A stretch of 32,000 nt of DNA from an uncultured bacterium (GTDB lineage Bacteria; Auribacterota; JACPWU01): contig CAZXEQ010000002.1 in the NCBI GenBank assembly GCA_964640155.1, positions 60,001 through 92,000 on the forward strand, written 5' to 3'. The position numbers and the translations under genes are program-made. Under the pieces are notes generated by a model. That model made no database searches, was not told the DNA's origin, and saw nothing but the letters and a program-made list of their open reading frames with translations. Positions within the stretch are counted from its first letter, which is position 1. Every line of letters begins with the position of its first letter. Below, piece after piece: positions 23,376 to 32,000 of this stretch.

Positions 23376-24340
23376 TATTGCACCAGCTCCTTCTTAAACA
23401 GACCTATGAGAAAACCCGCGCCGTAAGTGACATGGCTCAAAAAAAACAAAAGAGGCAACATAAAGAATATTTTGATATTCCTAAGATTCATGGCCTCGAT
23501 CAGCGAAAAAATCACAAGCAAAACAAGATATATCCATAAAAGAGTAGTATACCATCCTCCCAAGATAGGATCAATTCCAAAAGACAGCAATAGAATCGAA
23601 AGACAATATAAAAGAAAAACGCTAGGAATTAAATAAATAGGTTTGAGAGAAGTTTGAGGATATTTTTTGGCAAAAAAGCCTCGATGAACAGAATACTTAA
23701 AAATTTGTATCAAATGTTTTTTGAGAGAGTTTCTACGATGATGCCAAACAAAAATCTCAGGATCATAAATAATCTTGTAACCCTTTTTAATAACTTCTAG
23801 ACATAATTTTGTGTCTTCTCCTGGCCAGTAATGCGTATCAAAACCTCCCATTTCTTCAAAAACTGATTTACGGATAAACAGATTAACTGAAGGATAATCC
23901 CCCACTTCCTTTATTTTCCCTGATGGCCAATATCGAAAACGCTCGGTTCCAGATCCCATGTACGAAGTATAAAAAGCCCCTGATAACTTCGCCCAAAAGG
24001 GATCTGAAGAAGGTGTTACAGCGGGGCCACATACAGCCGCTACTTGACTAGAGTTAAACTGTTTTAACGCCTTCGTTAACCAATCTTTCTTTGGATACGC
24101 ATCATCGTCCAAAAAAGCTAAGATTTCTCCCTGAGCATGTTCAATCGACATGTCTCTTTTATAAGAAGGCCCTACAGGACCTGATGAAATAATTCTTGTT
24201 TTTGGAAAAGAGCCCATCTCTGGATAATCCGTAATAATAAGAACTTCAAAATCTTGCATATCTAAATTGAGAAGATACGACATGGATTCATGAATATAAT
24301 CATTTATTGCTTTAACTGGGATAATAATTGAAAATTTCAT
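23375..24340 (-). CDS. GT2-family glycosyltransferase with C-terminal transmembrane helices
   Basis: 321 aa with FSIIIPVKA...FEVLIITD and FLDDDAYP (DxD). The C-terminal hydrophobic segments are IYLIPSVFLLYCLSILLL, LLWIYLVLLVIFSLI and FFMLPLLFFLSHVTYGAGFLIGL. Confidence 0.8.
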   Translation of the reverse strand: MKFSIIIPVKAINDYIHESMSYLLNLDMQDFEVLIITDYPEMGSFPKTRIISSGPVGPSYKRDMSIEHAQGEILAFLDDDAYPKKDWLTKALKQFNSSQVAAVCGPAVTPSSDPFWAKLSGAFYTSYMGSGTERFRYWPSGKIKEVGDYPSVNLFIRKSVFEEMGGFDTHYWPGEDTKLCLEVIKKGYKIIYDPEIFVWHHRRNSLKKHLIQIFKYSVHRGFFAKKYPQTSLKPIYLIPSVFLLYCLSILLLSFGIDPILGGWYTTLLWIYLVLLVIFSLIEAMNLRNIKIFFMLPLLFFLSHVTYGAGFLIGLFKKELVQ

Positions 24341-24358
24341 GAGAGAATTATTCCATAA

Positions 24359-25159
24359 CTATTTTTGACTTTTTTGAAGAGCTTTCGCATTGAGCCATTC
24401 TATAAAAGAGGGAAACACACCATGAATCTTATCTATGATTTGTGCTCTACGAGTTAAGATTAAATCTTCTCCTTTTCCTCTCTCAATCACTTTAAGGATT
24501 TCTTTTGCTACTGTTTCTGGATCCATCACTTGGGTATATTGATGACGCTTTTCATAATCAGGACTGCCTGCTTTTTCAAAAAAAGGGGTCCGTGTTGCTA
24601 CAGGACAGATTTGAGAAACCTTCACAGCAGGACAAGCTTCCTTCAAGTCCTGGCGAAGTCCTTCTCCAAAACCTCTTAAAGCAAATTTAGAGGCACAGTA
24701 GGCCGAAACATCTGGAAACGCCCTTCGACCTGCGACAGAAATCACATTCACAATATGTCCACTTTCTTGCTTCATAAAAACAGGTAAAACTTCCTGTATT
24801 AATCGCACTGCTCCAAAAAAATTTACATTCATCAGATGCTGATATTCTTCAATAGAAGTATCCCAACTTTTTCGAAAAAGACCAATCCCTGCGTTGTTGA
24901 TCAAAACATCAATACGTTCATAGCGTTTTAAGACTTCAGAAATCAGAGAAGAACAATCTTGAGATTGAGTAACATCTCCAGAATAAACCAAAACACTTTT
25001 AAGCCCTCTTTCCTGACAATTTTTTTGAAGAAATTCCAACTGTTTCTGATTGCGTGCGAAAACAGCAACATCCGCTCCCTCCTCTAAAAGAGAAACTGTA
25101 CATGCTCTGCCAATTCCACTTGAAGCGCCTGTTATCACAATAACTTTTTCAGAAAGCAT
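24359..25159 (-). CDS. classical short-chain dehydrogenase/reductase
   Basis: 266 aa with VIVITGASSGIGRA (TGxxxGxG), NNAG and YCASK (YxxxK). Confidence 0.85.
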   Translation of the reverse strand: MLSEKVIVITGASSGIGRACTVSLLEEGADVAVFARNQKQLEFLQKNCQERGLKSVLVYSGDVTQSQDCSSLISEVLKRYERIDVLINNAGIGLFRKSWDTSIEEYQHLMNVNFFGAVRLIQEVLPVFMKQESGHIVNVISVAGRRAFPDVSAYCASKFALRGFGEGLRQDLKEACPAVKVSQICPVATRTPFFEKAGSPDYEKRHQYTQVMDPETVAKEILKVIERGKGEDLILTRRAQIIDKIHGVFPSFIEWLNAKALQKSQK

Positions 25160-25232
25160 ATCTCTCCAAAATTACAAAATTAGTGTCCATCCAGATAATA
25201 TGCATCAAGACTTCGAGAAGTCTTTTTGAAGC

Positions 25233-26273
25233 CTATCGAGACCGAACAAGCCATAAAAAATTCCAAAACAAAATCCTCCACGGAATAGGAACAATTTTAT
25301 TTTTAAAAAGATCTTTATCCGAAAGCATGCGAATTTTTTCTTGAACTATTCTACGTTTTCGAAGCGTTTCTTTTAAATGCGAAATATTCCACCACAAGGC
25401 GTTCAATAAAGTAAAAATTTTTTTAAACTTAAAAGTAACCAAAAAAATAGGGGTGGGTAAAAAATAAAATACTAAATGTAAAGGTAAAAACCATATCAAT
25501 TGGAGTACTTCCAAATTTTTAAGAAAGGAACAGATTTTGTTTTTATGCGCATGGTACTGAAGAAATTCGAAATTCATTTTTTCACAAGTTGCCCCCATTT
25601 TATGATAAATCACTGCCTGTGAGGCAAGAGTAATTCGATACCCACCCAACCAAATCCTCCAAGCAAGATCTGTCTCTTCGAAATAGCAAAAAAAATCTGA
25701 ATCAAATCCTCCCATTTTTTCAAATACATTCTTTCTTATTAAAACACATGCTCCCTTTGGAGAGAAAATATCTCCTAGACGATCATACTGCCCTTGATCC
25801 TTTTCAAGGTGCCCGAGATGGTACAAAAAGCCAGAAAGAGTTGGGAAAGAACCTACCGAATCAATTTTTTCTTTCTCCTGTAAGAATCTGATTTTAGGTT
25901 GACAAGCTGCGATTTGAGGGCTTTCTAATATTTTTTGAACTAAAATAGAAAGAAAATCTTTCTTAACTTCTGTGTCATTATTCAAAAAAAGCAACAATTC
26001 TCCAGAAGCTTGTTCTGCACCTTGATTCCCAGCCATAGCGTAGCCTAAATTATGATCATTTTCGATAATTTTAACTGTGGGATAGGAACACTTGATAAAA
26101 TCAATACTCTTATCTTCTGAGCCATTGTCTATAAGAATAAGTTCTATATGAGGATAATCTTGTTCCTTGAGTGAGCTAAGACAATTTTTCAACCATTCTT
26201 CCCCATTCAAGTTAGAAATGATAATTGAAACAAGGGGAAGTTTAAATAAGTTTGGATTCATATATCTTTTCAT
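25233..26273 (-). CDS. GT2-family glycosyltransferase
   Basis: The track ORF extends to a TTG at 26318, overlapping the upstream gene. ATGs at 26273 (MKRYMNPN...) or 26261 (MNPNLFKLPLVSIIISNLNG...) are more plausible starts. Motifs are VSIIISNLNGEE...LILIDNGSEDKS and FLNNDT. Confidence 0.75.
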   Translation of the reverse strand: MKRYMNPNLFKLPLVSIIISNLNGEEWLKNCLSSLKEQDYPHIELILIDNGSEDKSIDFIKCSYPTVKIIENDHNLGYAMAGNQGAEQASGELLLFLNNDTEVKKDFLSILVQKILESPQIAACQPKIRFLQEKEKIDSVGSFPTLSGFLYHLGHLEKDQGQYDRLGDIFSPKGACVLIRKNVFEKMGGFDSDFFCYFEETDLAWRIWLGGYRITLASQAVIYHKMGATCEKMNFEFLQYHAHKNKICSFLKNLEVLQLIWFLPLHLVFYFLPTPIFLVTFKFKKIFTLLNALWWNISHLKETLRKRRIVQEKIRMLSDKDLFKNKIVPIPWRILFWNFLWLVRSR

Positions 26274-26287
26274 TTTTAAATGAGCAA

Positions 26288-27232
26288 TTAGTTTTTTTGA
26301 ACAGTAACAGAAACGCAATCCCCTAGTTTAAGCAAGTTAGAAATAATATCCAAAGGATAAAATAACAAGAAAAAAAATGTCTTATTAATAAGATTATATT
26401 TTTTCCCCAATTTGCTATTTATAAAATGTTGAAGACTCCCTAGACATCCTCCAGCACTCATATATTTAACTCGCATCACCCGTAACCCATATTTTTCTAA
26501 TAATTGCCGAAGATTCTGGAGATTATAATTAAAAATATGGCGAGGAATATCCCGATTGTACCAGTATCGTCTAAAAATGCGCGCGTAAAGACTCCCCGTG
26601 TTAGGAATCCCAATCACTAATATTCCTTGAGAGCTTAAAAGAGTATTCAAGGTAGTTATTAATAGATCCGGAGAGCGAACATGTTCTAAAACATGCCATA
26701 CCCGAATGTAATCGAATCGGTCCCCATCAAACCTGACAGATGTAATATCTTGATCATAATAAATGTTACCTTTTCGATCTACGGGACCAAATTCAAATCC
26801 CGAAGTATGCCAACCATATTTTTCAATAAGCCTTAAATTATAACCATCCCCACAACCTACATCGAGAAAACGACAAGCACCTATTTTTTTTAAGGGTAAT
26901 CCTTCAAAAATATTTTTAGCTAAAAGTGCTACGAAAAAATAAAAATCCCTTGAAGTATTTTTATTATACGCCCGATCAACTACTTTTTGACGCAAACGGT
27001 GAAAAAAACTTTTCTCCTCAGAGATAGAATACGAATAGTAATGTTTCGGATAGAAAGAAAATATTTCTTCCACAGAAGGCAAAGGATAAATCATTTCTAA
27101 TCGACAATGCGGGCAACGATACACGTCAAAAAGCTTATCTGTTGTGTAGTAAAGGAAGTCCTTTCCCTTCAAAAGGAAATGCATTGAATAATTGCAAATA
27201 AGGCAAAAAGGTTTTTTCTCTACTAAAAGCAT
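26288..27232 (-). CDS. SAM-dependent methyltransferase with N-terminal zinc ribbon
   Basis: 314 aa with CLIC...CPHC, the FLDVGCGDGYNL motif I and FDYIRVWHVLEHVRSP. It is a paralog-like counterpart of 6178..7077. Confidence 0.75.
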   Translation of the reverse strand: MLLVEKKPFCLICNYSMHFLLKGKDFLYYTTDKLFDVYRCPHCRLEMIYPLPSVEEIFSFYPKHYYSYSISEEKSFFHRLRQKVVDRAYNKNTSRDFYFFVALLAKNIFEGLPLKKIGACRFLDVGCGDGYNLRLIEKYGWHTSGFEFGPVDRKGNIYYDQDITSVRFDGDRFDYIRVWHVLEHVRSPDLLITTLNTLLSSQGILVIGIPNTGSLYARIFRRYWYNRDIPRHIFNYNLQNLRQLLEKYGLRVMRVKYMSAGGCLGSLQHFINSKLGKKYNLINKTFFFLLFYPLDIISNLLKLGDCVSVTVQKN

Positions 27233-27322
27233 ACTTTGTTATTATATCCATAGCCTAACAGATAGGAAAAATATTTTTTAAATTAAAGAACGCGCATACT
27301 AAAATAGTGCTAAGTTTTTCTT

Positions 27323-29518
27323 ATGAAGCATTTAATTCTAAAAACTCTTGGTCTAATATTTTTTATCGTTGTCCTTGTTTGTATATTTAACCCTTATTTG
27401 TTTCAATCTCTTCAAAAAAGATTTTGCTATCGTTATCACAACATCGCTTCACAAAGCCAAATCATCTTATCGCAAGATCACAATGATTTAAAAAATTTTT
27501 CAGATGAGAACCCTCTTACCATTAAAGGTTTAAAAGTTCTACCGCCTACAGGGACAGCTGATCTTGTTTTTGATTTTGGTCGACCTCGATCCATTAGCAA
27601 GGTTAGCATCTTTTTCTGGGGAGACCTACACCGAGCAATGTCCTATCATGCGACCGAATATAAGATCGATTTTTTATATAGAGACAAATGGGTTAGAATC
27701 ATTGAAAATAAACATCATCGAGGGCCATGGGCTGCCCATCATATTACTGCCATTGAAGCTAAACAAATACGTTTTATTTTTTCAAAACCGTTTTTAGACG
27801 AACATATCTATATCGCTGAGATCGGCTTGTATGAGGCAGAAAAAGTACCGTTGTGGACAGGCCTGACATCTTTTTTAAAATTACATTGTAAGTCTTTACC
27901 CGCTTGCTTCTTCTATATTTTGATATTTCTCTGCTTTTTGTTTTTTCCAGGATACTGCTTCACTAAATACGTTTTTAAAAAAAATCTTGATAAAGAAAGT
28001 ATGTTCGTATTTTCTTTTTTCTTTAGTTTTTTTATATATTCTGCACTTAGCATATTTGGTTTGCTGACAGGGCAGAACTGGATTTATTATTTGATTCTTC
28101 CCATTTCTATTGCTGCAATTCTTATTTTTATCTGTAAAGGAGGATTAAAAGAAATAAGGGGTTTAGATAAAAATTTATGGATGATACTAATTTTATTTTT
28201 GTTTTTTAGCACTCTTTATCAATATCATAGAGATCTTGTTTTTTCATTGCCTTACATTGAAAGTCATTTGGATACACTCACGATTCCTCCCTTACCTTAC
28301 TACGGTTATCATGCCGACAACTTTGTGCAATGGAGGATTTCAAAAGCTTTTCTTCATCATTTAGATCTAACGTCCCCTTATATGAAAGAGTATTTGGGCG
28401 ATTCCCAATTCAGCGTCTTTCACCGTACTCCCTTGCTCCCTATCTTGAGTGTTCCTTTCTTGAGTTTTTTTGGAGAAAGCCATTTTATTTATCAGAGACT
28501 TTTAACCATCCTGGCTGGACTTTTTCTCCTACCTCTTTATCTTGTTTTAAAAAAAGATTTTAATAAACGTACCGCTCAGCTAACCCTCTACACGCTTCTC
28601 ATTAACTTTTTTTTCTTTCTTTTTTCATTTAGCTTTGAAATGTATTACAAGTATTTTGCACTTTTCCCTGTATTTTTATTTTTGCTTTTAATTGAACAAA
28701 ATAACTTACAAAATAAAAAAGTTTTTATTTTATGCGCCTTGGTTGCAGGCACTGCTTACTTAATCCATCCTGGCATTGGCCTCGTTTACCTCTCTTCTTT
28801 ATACATCTACGCCTTGCTCAAATTTCGTTCATGGAGATGGTTATTTTTGAACATTGGGGGTTTCTTGCTGATCATTACTCCATGGTTGCTCTTCTTGCTC
28901 TATTATCATCATCAGCTTTCTTTCCCTTGGATAAAAGGGCCTTATGCAACTATCGTTTCTGACTGGAATCTTCCAAGACCCTCCTTTTTAATGAGACTTA
29001 TCGCAATATTCATTCCTGTTATTCAGTCCCATGGAATGTTTCCAAAAAACTTAAGCTTGTGGATGGCTATTTCTCCTTTAATTTTTATAATTTTTATTGC
29101 TGCATGTATAAAACGCTTTCTCACCTACAAAAAATTTATTTTGCTTTCTTTTTTGCCGTGCCTTATTTTAACACTACCTAAATCGTTCGAACTTTTCACC
29201 TTTGGTTACTTTTTTTTAATTCCCATGGCCCTAGCATTTTCTTTTTTTGAGATCTCTTCCATAAAAAGACCTGGCTTACAAAAGATAATTTTCTATATGA
29301 TCTTAACTCAATATATTATTTTTAATTTAATCATCGGGAAAAAGGTTGGATCTTTCTTTTACAAACAAATTCAATGGAGTTCGATAACCCTTGTTCATGC
29401 CTTTACTTTTATCGGAATGGCGATTTATATTCTCACCATTGTTTGGCTTCTTTTCAGAATTGCTTGCGAAGTCCCTTCTGATCTTGCAATCAAAAAGAAG
29501 TATGAGAATATGGATTGA
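27323..29518 (+). CDS. polytopic membrane protein, third paralog of the tandem pair (lacks their ~200-aa N-terminal domain)
   Basis: 731 aa and the only plus-strand gene in the window.
- Signal-anchor: LGLIFFIVVLVCIF.
- Discoidin-like domain, about 27506..27841: LVFDFGRPRSISKVSIFFWGDLHRAMSYHATEYKIDFLYRDKW...IRFIFSKPF...IAEIGLYE.
- The multi-TM module shares the loop HRDLVFSLPYIESHLDTLTIPPLPYYGYHADN...FHRTPLLP with copies A and B. Confidence 0.85.
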   Translation: MKHLILKTLGLIFFIVVLVCIFNPYLFQSLQKRFCYRYHNIASQSQIILSQDHNDLKNFSDENPLTIKGLKVLPPTGTADLVFDFGRPRSISKVSIFFWGDLHRAMSYHATEYKIDFLYRDKWVRIIENKHHRGPWAAHHITAIEAKQIRFIFSKPFLDEHIYIAEIGLYEAEKVPLWTGLTSFLKLHCKSLPACFFYILIFLCFLFFPGYCFTKYVFKKNLDKESMFVFSFFFSFFIYSALSIFGLLTGQNWIYYLILPISIAAILIFICKGGLKEIRGLDKNLWMILILFLFFSTLYQYHRDLVFSLPYIESHLDTLTIPPLPYYGYHADNFVQWRISKAFLHHLDLTSPYMKEYLGDSQFSVFHRTPLLPILSVPFLSFFGESHFIYQRLLTILAGLFLLPLYLVLKKDFNKRTAQLTLYTLLINFFFFLFSFSFEMYYKYFALFPVFLFLLLIEQNNLQNKKVFILCALVAGTAYLIHPGIGLVYLSSLYIYALLKFRSWRWLFLNIGGFLLIITPWLLFLLYYHHQLSFPWIKGPYATIVSDWNLPRPSFLMRLIAIFIPVIQSHGMFPKNLSLWMAISPLIFIIFIAACIKRFLTYKKFILLSFLPCLILTLPKSFELFTFGYFFLIPMALAFSFFEISSIKRPGLQKIIFYMILTQYIIFNLIIGKKVGSFFYKQIQWSSITLVHAFTFIGMAIYILTIVWLLFRIACEVPSDLAIKKKYENMD

Positions 29519-29521
29519 AAA

Positions 29522-30610
29522 TCATCGCAGAAGTTTTGAGAGAAAAGCATCACTGATGGATGCCCACTGATGGGTTTTGGATAAATTCATGGCCTGATTC
29601 GCAAGCATTGTCCAATCTTTCTGTGATTCAAGAAGAGAAAGAATTTCTTCAGCCAAAGCACTAGGATTATTTTGAGAAGTAACCCGTCCCGTGACATTAT
29701 GCTGCACAGAATCAACCAGTCCGGGCACATTATAGACGACCGCTGGAGTTCCTTGAGCAGCAGCCTCCATAATAATCATTCCCCATCCCTCTCGTACCGA
29801 CGTCACTAAAATCAAATGCGCACGTTTCATCAATTCTACTTTTTTTTCTTCATCTAAATACCCCCAAAAAGTTACTCCCTGAATTTCTTTTTTTCGAATA
29901 TATTTTTTTAGAAATGATTCGTACGCCTCATCTCCAGTACCTACAATCCACAACTTTGCGTTTGGTTCTTTTCGCTGGACGAGAGAAAGTGCTTTTAATA
30001 TATGATGGATACGTTTTGATTTTTTCAATCGACCTAGATAAATAAACGTAGGAGAAATTTCTTTAGTGGGTAGACTGTCCTGTGCAGCAGCAAAAACACC
30101 AGGAGAAAACACAGGAATTTCTCTCTTAACCCCTAATCGCATTAAATCCTTTTTTGAACTCTCAGAGATGGTCACACAATGTTCTTTACGATAAAAGCGA
30201 AGATAAAGAAGCTCTGACATATATCCAACAAATGCGATTAAAAATGGAGTTTCATAAAACCATACTTCTCTCGCAAGCTGAAAAAAAAGCGTGATTCTCT
30301 TTCCGCGAACATAAAAAGGGGTAAAAAAGGGGATCGTATTGATGCTATCAATCACACAATCATAGTAGGCATGTCCCCTTTTTCGATAATAACGGTAAGC
30401 CTTCCAAACCACGGTAAGGCGATTACCTCTACGAATAATTTTGATTCCATCAATATCTTCTTCTGCAAGAGCTCCTGGGAAAGAGGAACAGAAGAAAGTT
30501 ACTTCATGTCCTTTTTGAACCCATCTTTTGGCGATTTCATAAATATAAATTTCCGCACCTCCTCCAAAAGGATTACGGATATCTCGCCAATTTAAAATAA
30601 GTATTTTCAT
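29522..30610 (-). CDS. GT4-family glycosyltransferase
   Basis: 362 aa with MKILILNWRDIRNPFGGGAE... and REGWGMIIMEAAAQGTPAVVYNVPGL. Its stop lies only 3 nt from the stop of the convergent gene 27323..29518. Confidence 0.8.
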   Translation of the reverse strand: MKILILNWRDIRNPFGGGAEIYIYEIAKRWVQKGHEVTFFCSSFPGALAEEDIDGIKIIRRGNRLTVVWKAYRYYRKRGHAYYDCVIDSINTIPFFTPFYVRGKRITLFFQLAREVWFYETPFLIAFVGYMSELLYLRFYRKEHCVTISESSKKDLMRLGVKREIPVFSPGVFAAAQDSLPTKEISPTFIYLGRLKKSKRIHHILKALSLVQRKEPNAKLWIVGTGDEAYESFLKKYIRKKEIQGVTFWGYLDEEKKVELMKRAHLILVTSVREGWGMIIMEAAAQGTPAVVYNVPGLVDSVQHNVTGRVTSQNNPSALAEEILSLLESQKDWTMLANQAMNLSKTHQWASISDAFLSKLLR

Positions 30611-30652
30611 AAATGAAGATTTAGAAGGAAGACATCTTAATTAATAAATTTT

Positions 30653-31567
30653 CTAGCGATGCGTGACTATTCTAAGCTGAGTTTGAGTGGAAGAAGGATG
30701 TTTTACTGTGTATTTATTCTTCATCAGAAAGAATGTATTTTCTTGAAGATCCAGACTCCCAATAAAATATCCAAAACCACCCATAGCAAACTTTAAAAAG
30801 TGATAGAGAATAAAACCAATTCCAACGAAAGGATGCATCAAAAAGGTTTTCCAATGTCTAAAATATACACCTCTAAAAAAACTTAATTGCTTTTTAGATT
30901 CAACTTTATTTTCTTTTCTAAAATGAACTAAATCTTTACCATAATGATAACATTTCATCATATGTTCCCAAATTCCTCGTGCCTCTCCCAGGTGCAATGC
31001 TTCTGCTTCTATATAACCTGTCTTATATCCAGCACGATTAAGCCTGTTCTGAAAATCATAATCCTCTCCAGCAATCATGTTTTCATTAAAACCATTCACT
31101 TTTTTGAAAATCTGTTTCTTGACAAATCTTGCGGAAGAATGAACTGGATCGTATTTGTACATATCTACTTCAAATTTTCGTATTTTGGCTATCCATGAGA
31201 TAGTCGGCTCTGGAGAATTATGAACAATGATTGCGTCGAATTCTTCTTGAATTTTCAGGACACACTCCTTTACAATATTCTTATCCAAAGCGAAATCTGA
31301 ATCTACTTTATAAATATATTTTCCTTTTGCTTTATTCACTCCAAAATTAACTTGTGCACTTCTTTCAGATCCTATCCGATAGATTTTTTTTGTATATTTC
31401 CTAGCAATTTCTAAAGTCTTATCCGTAGAATAATTATCTACAACAATTAACTCGATAAAGGGATAAGTTTGTTCACGAATGCTATTGAGACACTTTTCCA
31501 ACAATCTCTGAGAATTAAAGGTGGGAACAATGATAGAAACCAAAGGAGTTGATTGAGATGCTTGCAT
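30653..31567 (-). CDS. GT2-family glycosyltransferase
   Basis: 304 aa with VSIIVPTFNSQ...LIVVDNYSTDKT and VDSDF (DxD). Confidence 0.8.
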   Translation of the reverse strand: MQASQSTPLVSIIVPTFNSQRLLEKCLNSIREQTYPFIELIVVDNYSTDKTLEIARKYTKKIYRIGSERSAQVNFGVNKAKGKYIYKVDSDFALDKNIVKECVLKIQEEFDAIIVHNSPEPTISWIAKIRKFEVDMYKYDPVHSSARFVKKQIFKKVNGFNENMIAGEDYDFQNRLNRAGYKTGYIEAEALHLGEARGIWEHMMKCYHYGKDLVHFRKENKVESKKQLSFFRGVYFRHWKTFLMHPFVGIGFILYHFLKFAMGGFGYFIGSLDLQENTFFLMKNKYTVKHPSSTQTQLRIVTHR

Positions 31568-31600
31568 ATAAAAAAACTTTCTTTCAAGTTAAAAAGAGAA

Positions 31601-32000
31601 TCAAAATAGTAATTTCTCACAAAGCTTTGAGTATGTCTCTTTCATTTTTTGAGCAACTTTATAGCCTGTGAAGTGACTTTCTGCTAATTCTTTACTGTTC
31701 TTCCCCATTTTCATTCTTAAATCTGTATTTGTTGCCAAAAGTACAATGGCTTCAACTAATGCTTCTGTATCCATGGCATTTACAACCAAACCTGCATTTT
31801 TATTAGTGACTTCTGTATGGATGCCAACACCATCAGACACAATTAATGGCAAACCACAATACATAGCTTCAGCAGCCGCAATACCAAAACTATCATACAA
31901 TGACGGTTGAACAAAAACATCCGTATCATGCTTTAAAAGCAACTCCTTTTGTTCCCCCTCAATAAAACCTCTAAAACTCACTCGAGAGTCCATTTGATAT
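31601..32000 (-). CDS. GT4-family glycosyltransferase (C-terminal part; N-terminus beyond the window edge)
   Basis: The reading frame stays open through 32000 (..YQMDSRVSFRGFIEGEQ...). PSLYDSFGIAAAEAMYCGLPLIVSDGVG is the GT4 C-terminal motif. The M at 31993 is internal. Confidence 0.75.
   Translation of the reverse strand, partial: YQMDSRVSFRGFIEGEQKELLLKHDTDVFVQPSLYDSFGIAAAEAMYCGLPLIVSDGVGIHTEVTNKNAGLVVNAMDTEALVEAIVLLATNTDLRMKMGKNSKELAESHFTGYKVAQKMKETYSKLCEKLLF

Noticed and set aside
25207-25224. Perfect 7-bp hairpin aagactt-cgag-aagtctt followed by ttttt on the plus strand, between the GT2 and SDR genes.
   Set aside because: It looks like a terminator only on the plus strand, where there is no gene. 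On the coding (minus) strand it lacks a downstream U-tract. It may be an RNA-stability or processing element, but that is not supportable from sequence alone.
27277-27305. Possible promoter of the plus-strand paralog (TTTAAA-17-TAAAAT).
   Set aside because: The -10 is plausible, but the -35 is poor and the spacer is AT-rich background. I am not confident enough to annotate it as a feature.
1-32000. Mobile elements, CRISPR arrays, toxin-antitoxin or defence systems, and tRNA/rRNA genes.
   Set aside because: There are no transposase, integrase or recombinase-like ORFs, and no inverted terminal repeats. I noticed no short regularly spaced direct repeats and no cloverleaf candidates.

Overview
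AT-rich bacterial window (taxon not identifiable) occupied by one long glycan (EPS or O-antigen-like) biosynthesis locus. It is transcribed almost entirely on the minus strand, with many 1-11 nt gene overlaps.

Contents:
- A CDP-hexose module (rfbF and rfbG plus a cupin epimerase and an SDR).
- A second NDP-sugar module (a nucleotidyltransferase and two SDRs).
- Six GT2 and four GT4 glycosyltransferases, one of them a GtrB/ArnC-like polyprenyl-phosphate transferase.
- Three SAM methyltransferases, a classical SDR and a B12-binding radical SAM enzyme.

Three things stand out:
1. Two tandem ~920-aa polytopic membrane proteins (period 2942 bp). Their central ~2.48 kb appears base-for-base identical while both ends are diverged. 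A third, N-terminally shorter paralog is the only plus-strand gene. All three fuse an extracytoplasmic discoidin-like domain to a large GT-C/YfhO-like membrane module that I cannot assign to a family.
2. A 1358-aa secreted protein with a GH-like TIM barrel, FN3, Ca-binding repeats, an Ig-like domain and four ConA/LamG-like repeats.
3. A ~270-nt structured leader directly upstream of that giant gene. It has a near-consensus sigma70 promoter, a segment strikingly similar to the c-di-GMP-I (GEMM-I) aptamer in non-canonical block order, and terminator hairpins abutting the RBS.

I saw no tRNA, rRNA, CRISPR array, transposase or integrase.
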